This document shows positions 1-12,160 of a DNA stretch of 64,000 nt, piece by piece. The first letter of the stretch is position 1. Each line of letters begins with the position of its first letter. Under the pieces are notes generated by a model. It was not told the DNA's origin. It made no database searches and saw only the letters and a program-made list of their open reading frames with translations. Both the position numbers and the translations under genes were made by a program. This DNA is from Chiloscyllium plagiosum (lineage: Eukaryota). Location of the stretch: the NCBI RefSeq assembly GCF_004010195.1, contig NC_057718.1, positions 10,910,325 to 10,974,324 of the forward strand, in the 5' to 3' direction.

Positions 1-158
1 CCCCTCCCCCAAGTCCCCCCTCCCTACCTTTTATCTTAGCCTGCTGGACAAACTTTCCTCATTCCTGAAGAAGGGCTTATGCCCGAAACGTCGATTCTCC
101 TGTTCCCTGGATGCTGCCTGACCTGCTGCGCTTTTCGAGCAACACATTTTCAGCTCTG
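1..158 (+). mobile_element. Penelope-like element terminal repeat (family A), truncated by window start
   Basis: Same sequence recurs at 6598-6785, 7251-7364, 8872-9012, 45345-45474 and 62200-62371; contains a hammerhead motif. Confidence 0.7.
61..96 (+). ncRNA. Minimal type-I hammerhead ribozyme motif
   Basis: attc-CTGAAGA-a-GGGC-ttat-GCCC-GAAA-cg-TC-gatt: CUGANGA core, 4-bp stem II, GAAA, palindromic ACGT stem III, UC cleavage site. Confidence 0.75.
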
Positions 159-567
159 AACTGAAAAGGTCAAGTCAGCCACTTAGTTGTACCAGCATCG
201 TATAACTTGTATTTGAATCACGGACCTACCTTCATAACAGCATTGAGGGAATACTCAAACCAGTATAGCCTGCTGCAGCAATAAAGAACTACCACCTAAA
301 GGGCAGTCAGGATGTGCAGCAGAAGCTGGTGTTGACAGTAACAGGCACATCCCATGAAAAAGTTGAAAAAAATAGCTCGCCCTCAATGTGTGACCCAACA
401 ATAACATATTATGCTGAGTACCACTGTCCATCCTTTCCTCGTATCTATTAACATTTCATAACATCTACTGATCCATATTTAAATTTGTTTCATTAGTAGT
501 TTGATGTAAGATGATTTTTGGAATTTATCCACACTAAGTGCCACACAACAATTTACTTTTCTCGTAG

Positions 568-744
568 GTGAAAGCAGAGGCTTCCTGGGATTCCAACATT
601 CATAACTGTCCATCCTTGAGCAAAGGCACTCCAGCTGATGAGCGTGTTTTCCTCATTGTAAAGACTGTGGTGCAGCTCAGCCACCCTGCTGAGATGCAGC
701 TCGTGTTACGCAAGCGCATCTGTGTGAACGTTTACAGCCGGCAG
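568..744 (+). CDS. KIF13B: Kinesin-3 KIF13B, internal coding exon (gene begins upstream of window)
   Basis: ctcgtag|GTG...CGGCAG|gtacag; 177 nt, phase 0-0; VKAEASWDSNIHNCP...HPAEMQLVLRKRICVNVYSRQ matches the recalled human KIF13B tail. Confidence 0.95.
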
Positions 745-1752
745 GTACAGTCTGAAGAGAATCCTCTGGCAATTCTGATAAAATTGAGGTCCTAAGTAAA
801 ATTAATAAAGAAAATTGGGGTGACTCAATGAAGTGAATTCAAATGGCAAGTTGATTATTTGGGATTAAAGACTGAAGACTCATCTTATTCTGTTCACAAG
901 TGTTAGTTATGCCATCTGGACTCCAAAGGTCCTGCTCTGGTGATGGTACAGTTTTAGCCAATACAACTTTGGAATTGTTACACTGGTTTCAGTGCATCTG
1001 AGACAGGGAAAGGTGAAGTCAGCTGGTTTCACTCCTGATTGCTAGCTTTTGGCCCTGCTGGAAATCATGCTGACATTTGCATTGGTTTGAAGATAGTTTT
1101 GGACATCCCTGATCCTTGAGATGGAATAGTTTATCAGCACTTATTTGAGCATTTATATGAAGAATTATTATCTGCTGGAGGGCAACTGGAATCTGCACCA
1201 CAGTATGAATTACCAGTAAGAGTATTAGGAATTTGGAGGGGGTTAGAGTTTAAGAAAGGACAATTAAACGTATTCCAGAGAAGAGTTGACTGTCATTAAC
1301 GCTGGCTAGAAAAATGGCAGGAGCTTTACCAGTGTTCCCTGCTGGAGGGTTGTGTAGTTTGAAATGGTAAAAAAATTCCCATGTTCTGACCACTACCTAT
1401 CTATGCTATCTCTTTGGATTTCGACACCTGCGTTGTTTGTAGAAGATGATTGTGTGAGCTTCCTATCAGTCAACTGACAACTCCCAGCACTCTGGCTGGG
1501 GCTTTCAGCTAGAGCTTTTACATGCACTGGACACATGGTGAAGCCAAAGTGGTGAAAGAACTGCTTGATTAAGATGCTGATTTAAGTTGTGCTGCTATAT
1601 GAATGTTTCAAGTTGGTATAAAAAACGCAGAATACAAGAGAGTACTGGAAATTCAGATGCTGATTGATACTTGGGTTAGTCCCTGATCTGGGTGGACTCT
1701 CATGAAGTTTATTAATGTCTTCATTTTAAATTATAATAAAATGTAATTTCAG

Positions 1753-1845
1753 GGTTTCGCACAAAATTTCCTGAGACGAATGTCCCACAAAAGTACATTT
1801 AATGCATGTGGAGTGACCTTTGAGATCGTCTCCAATATTCCGGAG
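1753..1845 (+). CDS. KIF13B: KIF13B coding exon
   Basis: tttcag|GGT...CCGGAG|gtatgt; 93 nt; GFAQNFLRRMSHKSTFNACGVTFEIVSNIPE. Confidence 0.95.
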
Positions 1846-3639
1846 GTATGTAAGCAATAATTATCATGGCTTGATAGTGGTTTGTGAGCTTTTTAAAGAG
1901 ATGTATCGCATTATTAGTGCTGTTTGTGGGGTTATTGACAGGTTTTCAGACAAATGATGTTCTGTGTCCTGCGAGCACTGTAAATTATAAAAAAGGAAGT
2001 TCCAGGGAAGACAGATTAACTTAAAAAGTCTAACTAATGAGGCCTGCAGGTTTTGTAACTAAAACACTACTTGCATGTAAAATGCACAATAATCAAAGAT
2101 TATTTTCGAGCAAAGTGGAAATCACTCTGGGGAACTTGAGGTTTGACGTAGCAGGTGACAAGAAACTGTATCCACTGACAGGATGGTCATTAACCAATTG
2201 GAAAATGATAAAAGATAATTGGCAAACAAGCCAAGGGGTCAACAACAACAACTTTCATTAAAGTTAATTATGACCTGGAAAGGATGCTGGAAGCAAATTC
2301 AGAATCAACTTCAAAAGGGAGTTCCTATTGTTTAAAAATTGAAAAACAAATTGCAGGGTTCTGAGCCAAGAGCAGGAGGCCACTTTCCGAGAGAGAGCGA
2401 GAACTGGTAGTGTGAGCTAAAATCCTCTTCCTGAGTTGTTAGCTTTATGCTAAAAAGTTAAATTTTTAACGTGGCATCTGCATCACATAATTTATGTGGT
2501 CATTCTTATGCTTCAAGCATAATTTCAGGAAGACTATGAGACAGGAAGTGGAGGTGAAGTGGTTAAAATAAAGGGAAATTTTAATGTGTTGTTTAATCAA
2601 CTTAAGATTATTTGAGTTAAATTTATAAAATGAATATTTATTGTTACCGGGTTCACTAACCATACTTCGGCTGATATAATTAACTTTCTGGCCCAATTTG
2701 CTATAATAGTAGCATGGTGCATCTTTATGGGCAGAGGAAATGTGTAGTTTATTTTAAAACAAACTGTTTATTTTTGGATGTGAGCTTCGCTGACAATATC
2801 AGTCTTTACGCTCCATTGCTTATTAGTGTAGGTGGCACTGAGCTGCCTACAACTGAGCAGTTTGCTTCGCCTCTTCAGAGAGCTTTTAAGGATCAACCAC
2901 AGTATGTCTGGAGTCACGTAGGACAAGTATAGTGGGGCAAAGTCAATGGATTTCCTCCCCTGAAGGAAATGAGTGGGCCAGATGGATTTTAACAACTGTC
3001 CTGTAGCTTCATAAGGCTAGCTGTTTTGTTCCAGAATTAATTAATTCATTTTAAACTGCCCCCATCTGCCATTGTGGGATTTGAACTCGTGAGTCATAGT
3101 TTTATAGCATGGAAACAGACACTTCACTCCAACCAATTCATGCTGAACATAATCCCAAACTGAAGTAGTCCCACCTGCCTGCTCCTGGTCCATATTCCTC
3201 CAAACCTTTCCCATTGATGTAGTTATCCAAATGTCTTTTAAACATTGTAATTGTGTCCACATAACTTAACTGCTGTGCTACTTGTAACAACACTGGAGCT
3301 GACTTCTGGAAGAAGAGATCCTAATTGGAAAGTATATGCACATACCTTGACAATCTATTCGAGATCAGTCATTCACCAGCAGAGAATTTTGATGCTTATC
3401 ACTATCCTATGGAGACTGGTAGAATTTCAGCAGCTATATCAATTATTTGTCATAGATTAATGATTGGTGCCAGTCTGTATTTTTAACAGCAAGATCTTTA
3501 ATTTCACAGCATAAACAAAATCCACCTAAGCTTCTGCTTTATTCTCACCTGATTTCATTTGAAAGTTACTATTGGATTGACATCTACTTCCCAAGTTGTT
3601 GTCAACAAACAAAGTAAAATATTCTCATCGTCTACCCTT

Positions 3640-3985
3640 TAACCTCACTGTTAATGCATTGTCTGAGCTGAGATGTCACCTTTTTAATTATAAAACCTTA
3701 AGTTATCACAGGAACGTGACTTGAAAGAAGTTCTGGGATTTACATATTAATGAATCAAACCTGCAACCCCGTTCTAAAAGATGAAAAACTTAACAGCAAA
3801 CTAAGTTTGTTCAATACATCGCATCAGTTGTGTGACATTTTGATCTTTTACTATAAATTCTGTGTCCTATGATCGTATCCGACGAAGGAGCAGCGTCCCG
3901 AAAGCTTGTACTTCCAAATAAACCTGTTGGACTATAACCTGTGATTGTTAACTTTGTCCACCCCAGTCCAACACTGGCACCTCCA
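3640..3985 (+). mobile_element. Penelope-like terminal repeat (family B) with degenerate hammerhead
   Basis: ccgacgaaggagcagcgtcccgaaagcttgtacttccaaataaacctgttgg is homologous to 55680-55810. Confidence 0.6.
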
Positions 3986-4600
3986 CGTAATAGTTTGTTT
4001 ATCAATTATCTCAAATCTTTGTCTTCTGGTTCACAATCCTCCTGCTAGACCAGTTTACATCTATTTGTTCCATCAAGTCTTTCCTAATGTTGAACACCTC
4101 TGCTGAATCTAGATCTACATCTTTAAGAGCTTGTCCATGCAGCTGAAGGCCCTTGGCCCTGCTACAATTCTAGTAAATGTTCACTTCAATGCCTTGATGT
4201 TTTTCCTGAAGTGTAATACTCAGAGTTGATCATATTACTCTGAGGCTTAACTTACAATTTTAAAATAAAATATTTTGTACGACTTCCTTTTGTGCTCCAT
4301 TTAATTCTTGATTGTGAAGCTAAACTTGTTAGTGATACTACCCTTCCTTTTAACCAAATCCTTTGTCATAAGGGATCAGTTAGACTGAATCTTCATGCCT
4401 AAGTGATCAGTAATGAAGATGCAGTCTGATTAAAGCAGTGGATACTTTCTCAGCCTGCCAGCTTCCACAATTAACTGACAATTACATAATCAACTGATGT
4501 ATTACAACAAAAACTGACTGCCTAATTTTTTTGCATGGTGTGCCTTCAGATACAGGATATATTGTATGAATGATCTGGCATTCTCCTTTCTGTTTCCCAG

Positions 4601-4753
4601 GATGCTCAAGCATCTGAAGACCGTGAAACACTGGCACGAATGGCAGCAGAGTTAGAAACTGCAGAGTCTGCCGAGAAGGAAGCATACATTGAGAAATATC
4701 TTCGTAGTGTATTGGCAGTGGAAAATATCCTCACTCTAGATCGTCTGCGTCAG
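4601..4753 (+). CDS. KIF13B: KIF13B coding exon
   Basis: tcccag|GAT...CGTCAG|gtgagt; 153 nt; DAQASEDRETLARMAAE...EAYIEKYLRSVLAVENILTLDRLRQ. Confidence 0.96.
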
Positions 4754-5435
4754 GTGAGTTTTATTGAGTTGGAGGAAACTGATCAGGCTGATGATTTCCC
4801 ATTTTCAATTTCTGATTTAAGACTTATGGGCGCATTATAGTTTAGTATGCATGTTCTATACATAGGTGAAGACATTTCAAGGTTACAAAAGGATGTCAAC
4901 ATTTTGAGCCAAATTTAAAACTGAGTTATTTTATAGATGTTAGTTTAGCTTGCATTGTGCATGTAGGTCAAAAATAAATGTTCTATAGGAGTAGCTGATC
5001 ACTTTAATTGCACTGAAATTTTGCTCTTCATAGTGTTGATTCCTGACATATAATTGAATTTTGTAGGTGATCCATAGTAAGTTTCAGCACACTGCTACAC
5101 TTCACCCCACCTCTTCAGCACTTCCAAATACATCTTGCCTGTGGCACCTCTGTTCAATGAGATAAACGGGAGATGTTGATCTTCCAGGTCTGGTCAACAC
5201 CCTCTTCTGTGCTTCGAGCAGTCACAGGTGCTAGATTTGGGCTGACCCAGAGGAGAAGTAATAGCTAATCATTCCAGCCATCTGCCAATGTCACCAGAGA
5301 TCCCGTCTGTTAATTTGTGAAATCCCAGTTAATCAGCGTGTATTGTCAGTTCAGTTTATTTTTAGTTCAGTTATGATGCTGAGTTAGGAGTGTAGGAAAC
5401 AGATGTGTGAATTTCTTCAGTCAGCGCAAGACTGG

Positions 5436-6012
5436 AGTATGACCCAACCATCAGTGGTTTGGACCAGACCAAACCCCTTGAAATACATTAAGAACATAGT
5501 CTTGACCCTAACTTTTTTCTTATTTTAAAGATAAATGTAAGGTGTGGCAATCCAGATGCATTTTGGTCAAACTTAAATACACTTTGTTTTGTCTGTAGTC
5601 TAAAAATAAAAATATAAGAATTGACTTAACTGTAATTCTATCGAATTGCTTAACAAAATAACGTGTATTAACTACTACTAATTAACTGTTCCACTCAAGT
5701 AGCATCCACTCAGCAAACACATCCTTGGCAAAGGTAAATTGAGTAAAGTAGATAGTCTCACATGCAATTCTAGCAGCAGGAGGAGAACCCCAGCTTTTAG
5801 CTGTAACAGAGAAGAGTAAGAGCTTCCTTAATAATCCTGGTTCTGTGGAAACTTGACCTGAGCCATTCAGACTGTTTCTGTTCCAACTCTTTTTTTTTTG
5901 AAAGCCGAAGGCCTCACAAGCTGCTTTGAGTAGACTATTGACCACATCTGTCTTAACCTTTTTTTTAAAAAAAAGGACAAAATACACCCCTTAAAGCCAT
6001 AGTGTCATCACA
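5436..6012 (-). mobile_element. Probable solo LTR
   Basis: Minus strand starts TGTGATGACAC and ends near ...ggtcatac (decayed terminus); ~575 bp; no clean TSD found. Confidence 0.4.
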
Positions 6013-6654
6013 ATAGTGAATTGGTTTTTGAGAAATGGTACATGCTACTCATTTGCAGTTGTACAGACATTTAACAAAAATGAAATCTGAAATGTATTCT
6101 TTGTCCTGTAGGTTGTTGCTGTACTGAACTTTTATGCTGCTGCTTGCTGTCACTGTCTGGGCAAATTGTTGCATTTTTTTAATGAAGTCAATCAGCAATC
6201 TCTGGTGTTTTACGTAAATATTTTCAACTGTTAGATCTTCACCAATGTGCCCTCAGCTACTGTTTCTCTCAATACATGAACTCTTTTATGATGGCACTGT
6301 GTAAATCATTCACATGTTCATTCGTGTCTGTTAACTTTGTCCTTGTGTATTAGCTTGTCCATTTCCATGATGCTGTAAAGATGGGATATTTTTATCCTGG
6401 CATAGTGTAAGCAGTTGCAAAAGCAAAAAGAACAATTTAGAACTAAAGTTGTTGAAAGCACAGCACAAAAGTCTAAGTCTTCACTGGGTCTGGTGTATTT
6501 AAATTAATTTCATCAGAAGAAATATCTGGGCCAAGATATTCCTATTTGTCTGGCACTGGGAGCCTGGTGCTGTTTTCACTGGGTGATTAATCCAGAGTTG
6601 AAACTTTATTGCTGGAACAGCACAGCAGGTCAGGCAGCATCCAGGGAACAGGAG

Positions 6655-6690
6655 ATTCGACATTTCGGGCACAGGCCCTTCTTCAGGAAT
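6655..6690 (-). ncRNA. Minimal hammerhead ribozyme motif
   Basis: attc-CTGAAGA-a-GGGC-ctgt-GCCC-GAAA-tg-TC-gaat; perfect 4-bp stem I; stem III CpG decayed to TG. Confidence 0.7.
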
Positions 6691-7250
6691 GAGCAGAGAG
6701 TGTTCAGGAGAAGATAAAAGGTAGGGAGGAGGGACTTGGAGGAGGGGCGTTGGAAATGTGATAGGTGGAAAGAGGTCAAGGTGAGGGAGCAGGACAGTAG
6801 ATGAAGTCTATGTGGATTTTAATAAGGCCTTTGATAAGATCCCACATGGTAGGCTGCTCTGGAAGGTTGGATGGCATAGAATCCAGCAGGAGCTGGCAAA
6901 TTGGACACACAATTGGCTTGATGGTAGGAAGCAGAGGGTAGTAGTGAAAGGATGCTGGCCAGACTGGAGGCCTGTGACTAGTGGAGTGCCTGAGGGGTTG
7001 GTACTGGGCCCATTACTGTTTGTTATCTATATCAATGATTTGGATCAGAACATACAAGGCATGATCAGGAAGTTTGTAGATGACACATAAAATATGTGGT
7101 ATTGTGAACAGTGAGGAAGGTTGTCAGAAACTGCAGCAGGACCTTGATCAGCTGGGTAAGTGGGCTGAGAAATGGCAAATGGAGTTTAATATAGATAAGT
7201 GTGAGGTCTTGCATTTTGGAAAAGCAAATCAAGGGGTTTCATAGTGAGTG

Positions 7251-7285
7251 TTCGACGTTTCGGGCACAGGCCCTTCTTCAGGAAT
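7251..7285 (-). ncRNA. Minimal hammerhead ribozyme motif (intact core)
   Basis: ttc-CTGAAGA-a-GGGC-ctgt-GCCC-GAAA-cg-TC-gaa. Confidence 0.75.
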
Positions 7286-8871
7286 TCCTGACCTGCTGTG
7301 CTGTTCCAGCAATGAAGTTTCAACTTTGATCTCCAGCATCTGCAGACCTCACTTTCTCCTCGAAGATTAATCCAGAGACCCAGTAAATCTTCTGGGGAAC
7401 AAGGTTCAATTCCTGCTATGGCAGATGGTGGAATTTGAATTCAATAAGTGTGGAATTAAGAGTATAATGACAATCATGAAGTTAAGATTTACAAGGATGT
7501 TGCCAGGGTTGAAGGAATTGAGCTACAGGGAGAGGCTACTTTCCCTGGAGCGTTGAAAGCTGAGGGTGACCTCATAGAGATTTATAAAATCATGAGGGGC
7601 ATGGATAAAATAAATTGACAAAGTCTGTTCCTTGGGGTGGTGGAGTCGAGAACTAAAGGGTATAGATTTAGGGTGAGAGGGAAAGACATAAAAGGGACTT
7701 AAAGGGAAACGTTTTCACACAGGGTGGTGTGTGTATGGAATTAGCTGCCAGAGGAAGTGGTGGAGGCTGGTACAATTGCATTATTTAAAAGGCATCTGGA
7801 TGGGTATATGAATAGGAAGGGTTTAGAGGGATATGGGCCAAGTGCTGGCAAATGCGATTAGATTAGGTTAGGATATCTGGTCAGCATGGACGAGTTGGAC
7901 CGAAGGGTCTGTTGCCATGCTGGACATCTCTATGACTCTATAGCCAATTGTTGGAAGAACCCACCTGGTTCACTAATGTCTTTTAGGGAAGGAAGCTGCC
8001 CTCCTTACCTGGTATGGTCTACATGTGACTCCTGACCCATAGCAGAATGGTTGTCTACCCTCTGGGCAATTAGGGATTAGCAATAAATACTGGTCTAATC
8101 AGTGACACCCAAGTACCATAAATGTTTTTTTTTTAAATGGCAATTGAAACCTTTGGTAAATTGAGCCCTTTTTTAAAGTTTATATGTGGGTTGCGAGCAT
8201 CACCTGCTGGAGCAGCATTTATTGCCCATCCCTAAATGCCCCTTGAACTGAGGGACTTTCTAAGGCCATTTCAAAAGGTGGCTAAGAGTCACAAGTGTTG
8301 TAGGTTTGGAGTCACATATAGATCATGCCAGGTAAAGACAGCAGATTTCCTTCCCCAAAAAACATTAGTGAACCGTAAGGGTTTTTATAAAGTCAACAGT
8401 GGTTACATAGTTGCTGATAGGTTAGTTTGTATTTCCAGATTGTCATTGAGTCAAATTTAACCATCTATCATGGTGTGATTTGAATCCATGACCCCAAATC
8501 GTTACCCTGGGTTTCTGGATTACTAGTCCGATGACAGAGTGCCACAGCATCAGGTGGCGTAATGTCCAAGATATAGATTTTAAAGTTAGGAACTGCACTA
8601 GACTTTCAACAGTAATAATATACATTGCAGAACAAAGTTGTTTCAGTGAGCTGCTTGAATAGAGTAAGCTTTGGGTGAGGAAATAGAATTGGGGGAGTTA
8701 AAGTTTTTAGATTGAGTGGTAGACCTAGGGAAAGTTGCATTATGGGCTGAAGCAGTTGATAAATTAAGAAGATTGGAAGACCAAATCCATTGAAGATCAG
8801 CAACGATTGATTCAAAGGAGAGAGGCAAGGGTATTAAACAATGTGAAAGAAAAATAGATAAGTTAAGATAC

Positions 8872-9012
8872 TGAGCAGGAGAAAGTGAGGACTGCACATG
8901 CTGGAGATCAGAGTTGAGAGTGTGGTGCTGGAAAAGCGCAGCAGGTCAGGCAGCATCCCACTCCTCTGATGCTGCCTGACCTGGTGTACTTTTCCAGCAC
9001 CACAATCTCGAC
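8872..9012. mobile_element. Fold-back Penelope-like mini-insert
   Basis: Arms ~8910-8957 and ~8968-9012 are reverse complements; TAAGATAC at 8864-8871 and 9013-9020. Confidence 0.75.
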
Positions 9013-9289
9013 TAAGATACCAATCAGTGTGACCTGATTGAAAAGTAGAACAGCCTGGAGGGACTGTCTGACCTCTAATTTATTTGTGATGCTCAGCGTT
9101 CTCTGAATGGAGCAGCTTTGTGTGAGCAGCTTTGGCTGCATATGGTGCTGTTCCCCTTAACCCTGAATACTCCCCATCAAAAAGCATACATGGGTAATGG
9201 ACTTGAGAAACTGATCAGGATTCATGGAATTGTACTCCAGTAGCACATTGCAATGGGGGGAGAAGAGGAATTGGCAAAACATCTATAGC

Positions 9290-9480
9290 AGTTGGAAACA
9301 AAAACAAAGTGCTGGAGAAACTTAATAGATTCTGCAGCATCAGTAGAGAGAAACAGTTACTGTTTTCTGAGCAAGAGTCATTGTACTCAGAGTTAATTCT
9401 GTTTCTTACCCCACCAATGCTGGCAGACCTGCTGAGTTTCTCCAACATTTTGTTCTTATTTCAGATCTCCAGTATTTTAC
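9290..9480. mobile_element. Older fold-back Penelope-like mini-insert
   Basis: tgctggagaaact...gcagcatc versus atgctggcagacctgctgagtttctccaaca; decayed hammerhead-like centre; related to 53520-53650. Confidence 0.5.
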
Positions 9481-9636
9481 TTTTGTTAACTATTCAAAGG
9501 CTGGCTGCTTGCTTTCTTCCAAAGTAATGAACTGTTCCGTTGTGCATTGCTGAACTGCAAATTTCTCTTTCTGTTGTTTTGTCCTTGTCCTGATTCTGTG
9601 TTGTGTTGTTTCTTTTCTGCTGTGTTTTGTGAACAG

Positions 9637-9714
9637 GAAGTTGCAGTTAAAGAACAATTAAATACAAAGCGTAAACTGACCAGAAGGTGCATCAGCTCTC
9701 CAAACGTCAACCGG
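9637..9714 (+). CDS. KIF13B: KIF13B coding exon
   Basis: gaacag|GAA...AACCGG|gtatga; 78 nt; EVAVKEQLNTKRKLTRRCISSPNVNR. Confidence 0.95.
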
Positions 9715-11678
9715 GTATGACTTCAGCAGCTGTTTTCCCTCTGCCTTTGTGCATGATGAGAATCGGAATGTGCTTTAAATCATGCAACGAACATACGAAT
9801 AAGGAGCAAGAGTAGGCCACTCACACCTCTCAGCCTGTTCTACTATTCAATAAAATCATAGCTGAATTGATTTTAACCTCAACTCTGCATTTCTGCATGC
9901 CCCTATAATCTTTTGTCATCTCAGTCATCAAGCATCTACCTCTGACTAAAAAAATAAAGATTTTGGATGTGGTGCCTTTTGAAGTAGGGAATTCCAAAGA
10001 CTTCCAACCCTTGGAATTTGTTTTCCTCATCTGTATTAAGTGGATGACCACTTATTTTTAAGCTGTGCCCCCTAGTTATTAACTTCACTTGAAATCTTTA
10101 AACATTAGGAGAAGGAAACATCTGATTGTCAAGGGTAGGTTGACTGGAAACAGCTACTTGGTTAAAAGGTAGGATTGCATTACAGAATTTTAGTTGTGAG
10201 TTGAGGGTCTTTGATGAAAAATGTTGATGACGTATTAAGGGATTAACACTTGCATTAAGTAAATGGAGGTTTGAAGGTAACTTTCTTAGTCCTTTCATGG
10301 GCTGTGAGCATTGCTGACCAAGACTACATTTGCTCCTGAAGCTTGCTGTATAAGAGGTGTACCTACACCCACAGTGCTGTTAGGGAGAGAGTGCCAATAT
10401 TTTAATGAAGTGACAATAAAGGAAGGGCAATATAGTTCCAAGTCAGGGTGGTGTGTGATGTGGAGGGGAACCTGCAGGTGGTGATGCTCTCATCTGTCTT
10501 CTGACATTGTGCATCTTTGGTGGTGAAGGGTGCAGTTTTGGAAAGTAGTGATGAAGGGTTTTTGCAGCAGTAAATCTTGCAATGTTGTGCACTGTTGCCA
10601 ATCAAGGGAGTTGCTTTGTCCTGGATGGCTTTGAGCTTCTTCAGTAGTGTTAAAACAGCATTCTTTGGATGAATGCAGAGTATTCCATCACAATAATGAT
10701 CTTTGCTTTGTAAATGATGGGTAGACTTTGGGAAGTCGGGAGGTGAGTTACTTGCCATAGAGTTCTGAGCCTTTGACCTGCTTTTATCGCCCAGTATTTC
10801 TATGGCTAGTCCAATTTAATTTCTTGTTAATGGTAACCCTCAGGATGTTGATTGGGAATTTAGTGATGATGATGGTGTCATTGAGTATTAATGTTAAATT
10901 TCTTTTTGCATGAGATAGCCATTACCTGGCTCTTCTATGGCAAAACATGTTATTACCAAGGGAATTCAGGGAGAGGCCAGGCGAAGTTATTTTCTTATAT
11001 GCTTGTAGAATGTAGAATTCACTGCTAAAAACTGATGGAAGTTGAATTCTTATCATTTCCAAGGTAAGTGAATAAATGTTTAATTTAGAAATAATAAGCT
11101 GAAAGGGAAAGGGCAGAGTACTCCGACTTTAGTTAAGAGTGGTGTTCTCACCACACCTTAGTGAAGTTGACATGAAGTGTTATCACAAAATAATGAACTG
11201 GGAGGAGTTACAGGGGAATGGAAAAGTTCTTGTTGAATGATGATAAAACAGTTATTATGAATTGAGATGTCCTGGCTGCCTTATTGAAAAACTAATAATT
11301 GTTATCTGCAGGAAATATATTGTGTGCTAATTATATTTGTGAATATAAACTCCATAAGAGAACTCCATTACCCTAGCTAAGGCTGATGTGTCAAGAATTT
11401 ATGTAAGGATTATTTTTTGTTGATTTGACTCACTTATAAAATACTTTGTTGATTCCTTTATGAAATCATGTCCCTACTCACCTTTTTGCTATTTTAATAA
11501 ACCCTTTGTTTGTTATAAATGCTGCATAATCCCCTTGATTGTTCTCACCACCACATCCAAATTTGGATGTGCTAGAGCATGGCTAGTTCTGAGTTTGCAT
11601 GCTCTGATCTATGGTAGCATCTATAATAGTTTTACTTCACTCAAGTAATGCATGTTTCTTTTGCATTTTTTAAAAAAG

Positions 11679-11732
11679 TTATCTGGAAGCCGTCATGATC
11701 TCAATGCAAGATCCAGCCTTGAACGCAACAAG
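11679..11732 (+). CDS. KIF13B: KIF13B short coding exon (54 nt, possibly cassette)
   Basis: ttttttaaaaaag|TTA...AACAAG|gtaatt; LSGSRHDLNARSSLERNK corresponds to human LSGSRQDL...SNK. Confidence 0.88.
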
Positions 11733-12160
11733 GTAATTACATTCCTGGCATGAATATATGGCAACTTAACAGTATTAAAGAGAAATAACTTCCCTGAATA
11801 ACTAACTCTGTTGATTGCTAGTTGATTCCTGTGTCACTGCTGTTTGGTGACTTGACCATTCAAGTGACACGATTCTGGTTAAATTTACCGCAGCACATGC
11901 TAACCAACCTTTAAGCACCTGGTGATGCAAGATTTTAGGGGCACGCAATTGATATCACCAGGTTTTTTGTATAAACCCCTTTGTGTTTTTGTCTTTGAAG
12001 AACAAATTGGCTAGACTGATTAATGTTATTATTAGTGCAAGTTGTAAGAGAAGCATCGAACCTAAATAGCTAAATCGCCAATTGTGTAGTATTAGTGATA
12101 TCCCCACAGGTGTTAGCCCCTACTGAAGTTCATCTGTGTTATTGCACTGGTAATCATAGT

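Larger units (their letters stand above)
6598..7364. mobile_element. Composite insertion: Penelope-like end + CR1 RT fragment + hammerhead + inverted Penelope-like end
   Basis: Flanked by GATTAATCCAGAG at 6585-6597 and 7365-7377; internal ORF 6812-7090 has CR1 RT motifs (DFNKAFDKIPH, GVPEGLVLGPLLFVIYINDL, KFVDDT). Confidence 0.8.
6570..8135 (+). mobile_element. tRNA-derived shark SINE interrupted by the composite insertion and by a CR1 3' end (~7485-7940)
   Basis: B-box-like ggttcaattcc at ~7403, shared body (gatggtggaatttgaattc, ggttcactaatgtc, gggaaggaa); inverted copies at ~2880-3090 and ~8170-8560. Confidence 0.65.

Noticed and set aside
3879..3912. Hammerhead-like motif as an active ribozyme
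   Set aside because: Core reads CCGACGA (U4 lost) and stem II is mismatched
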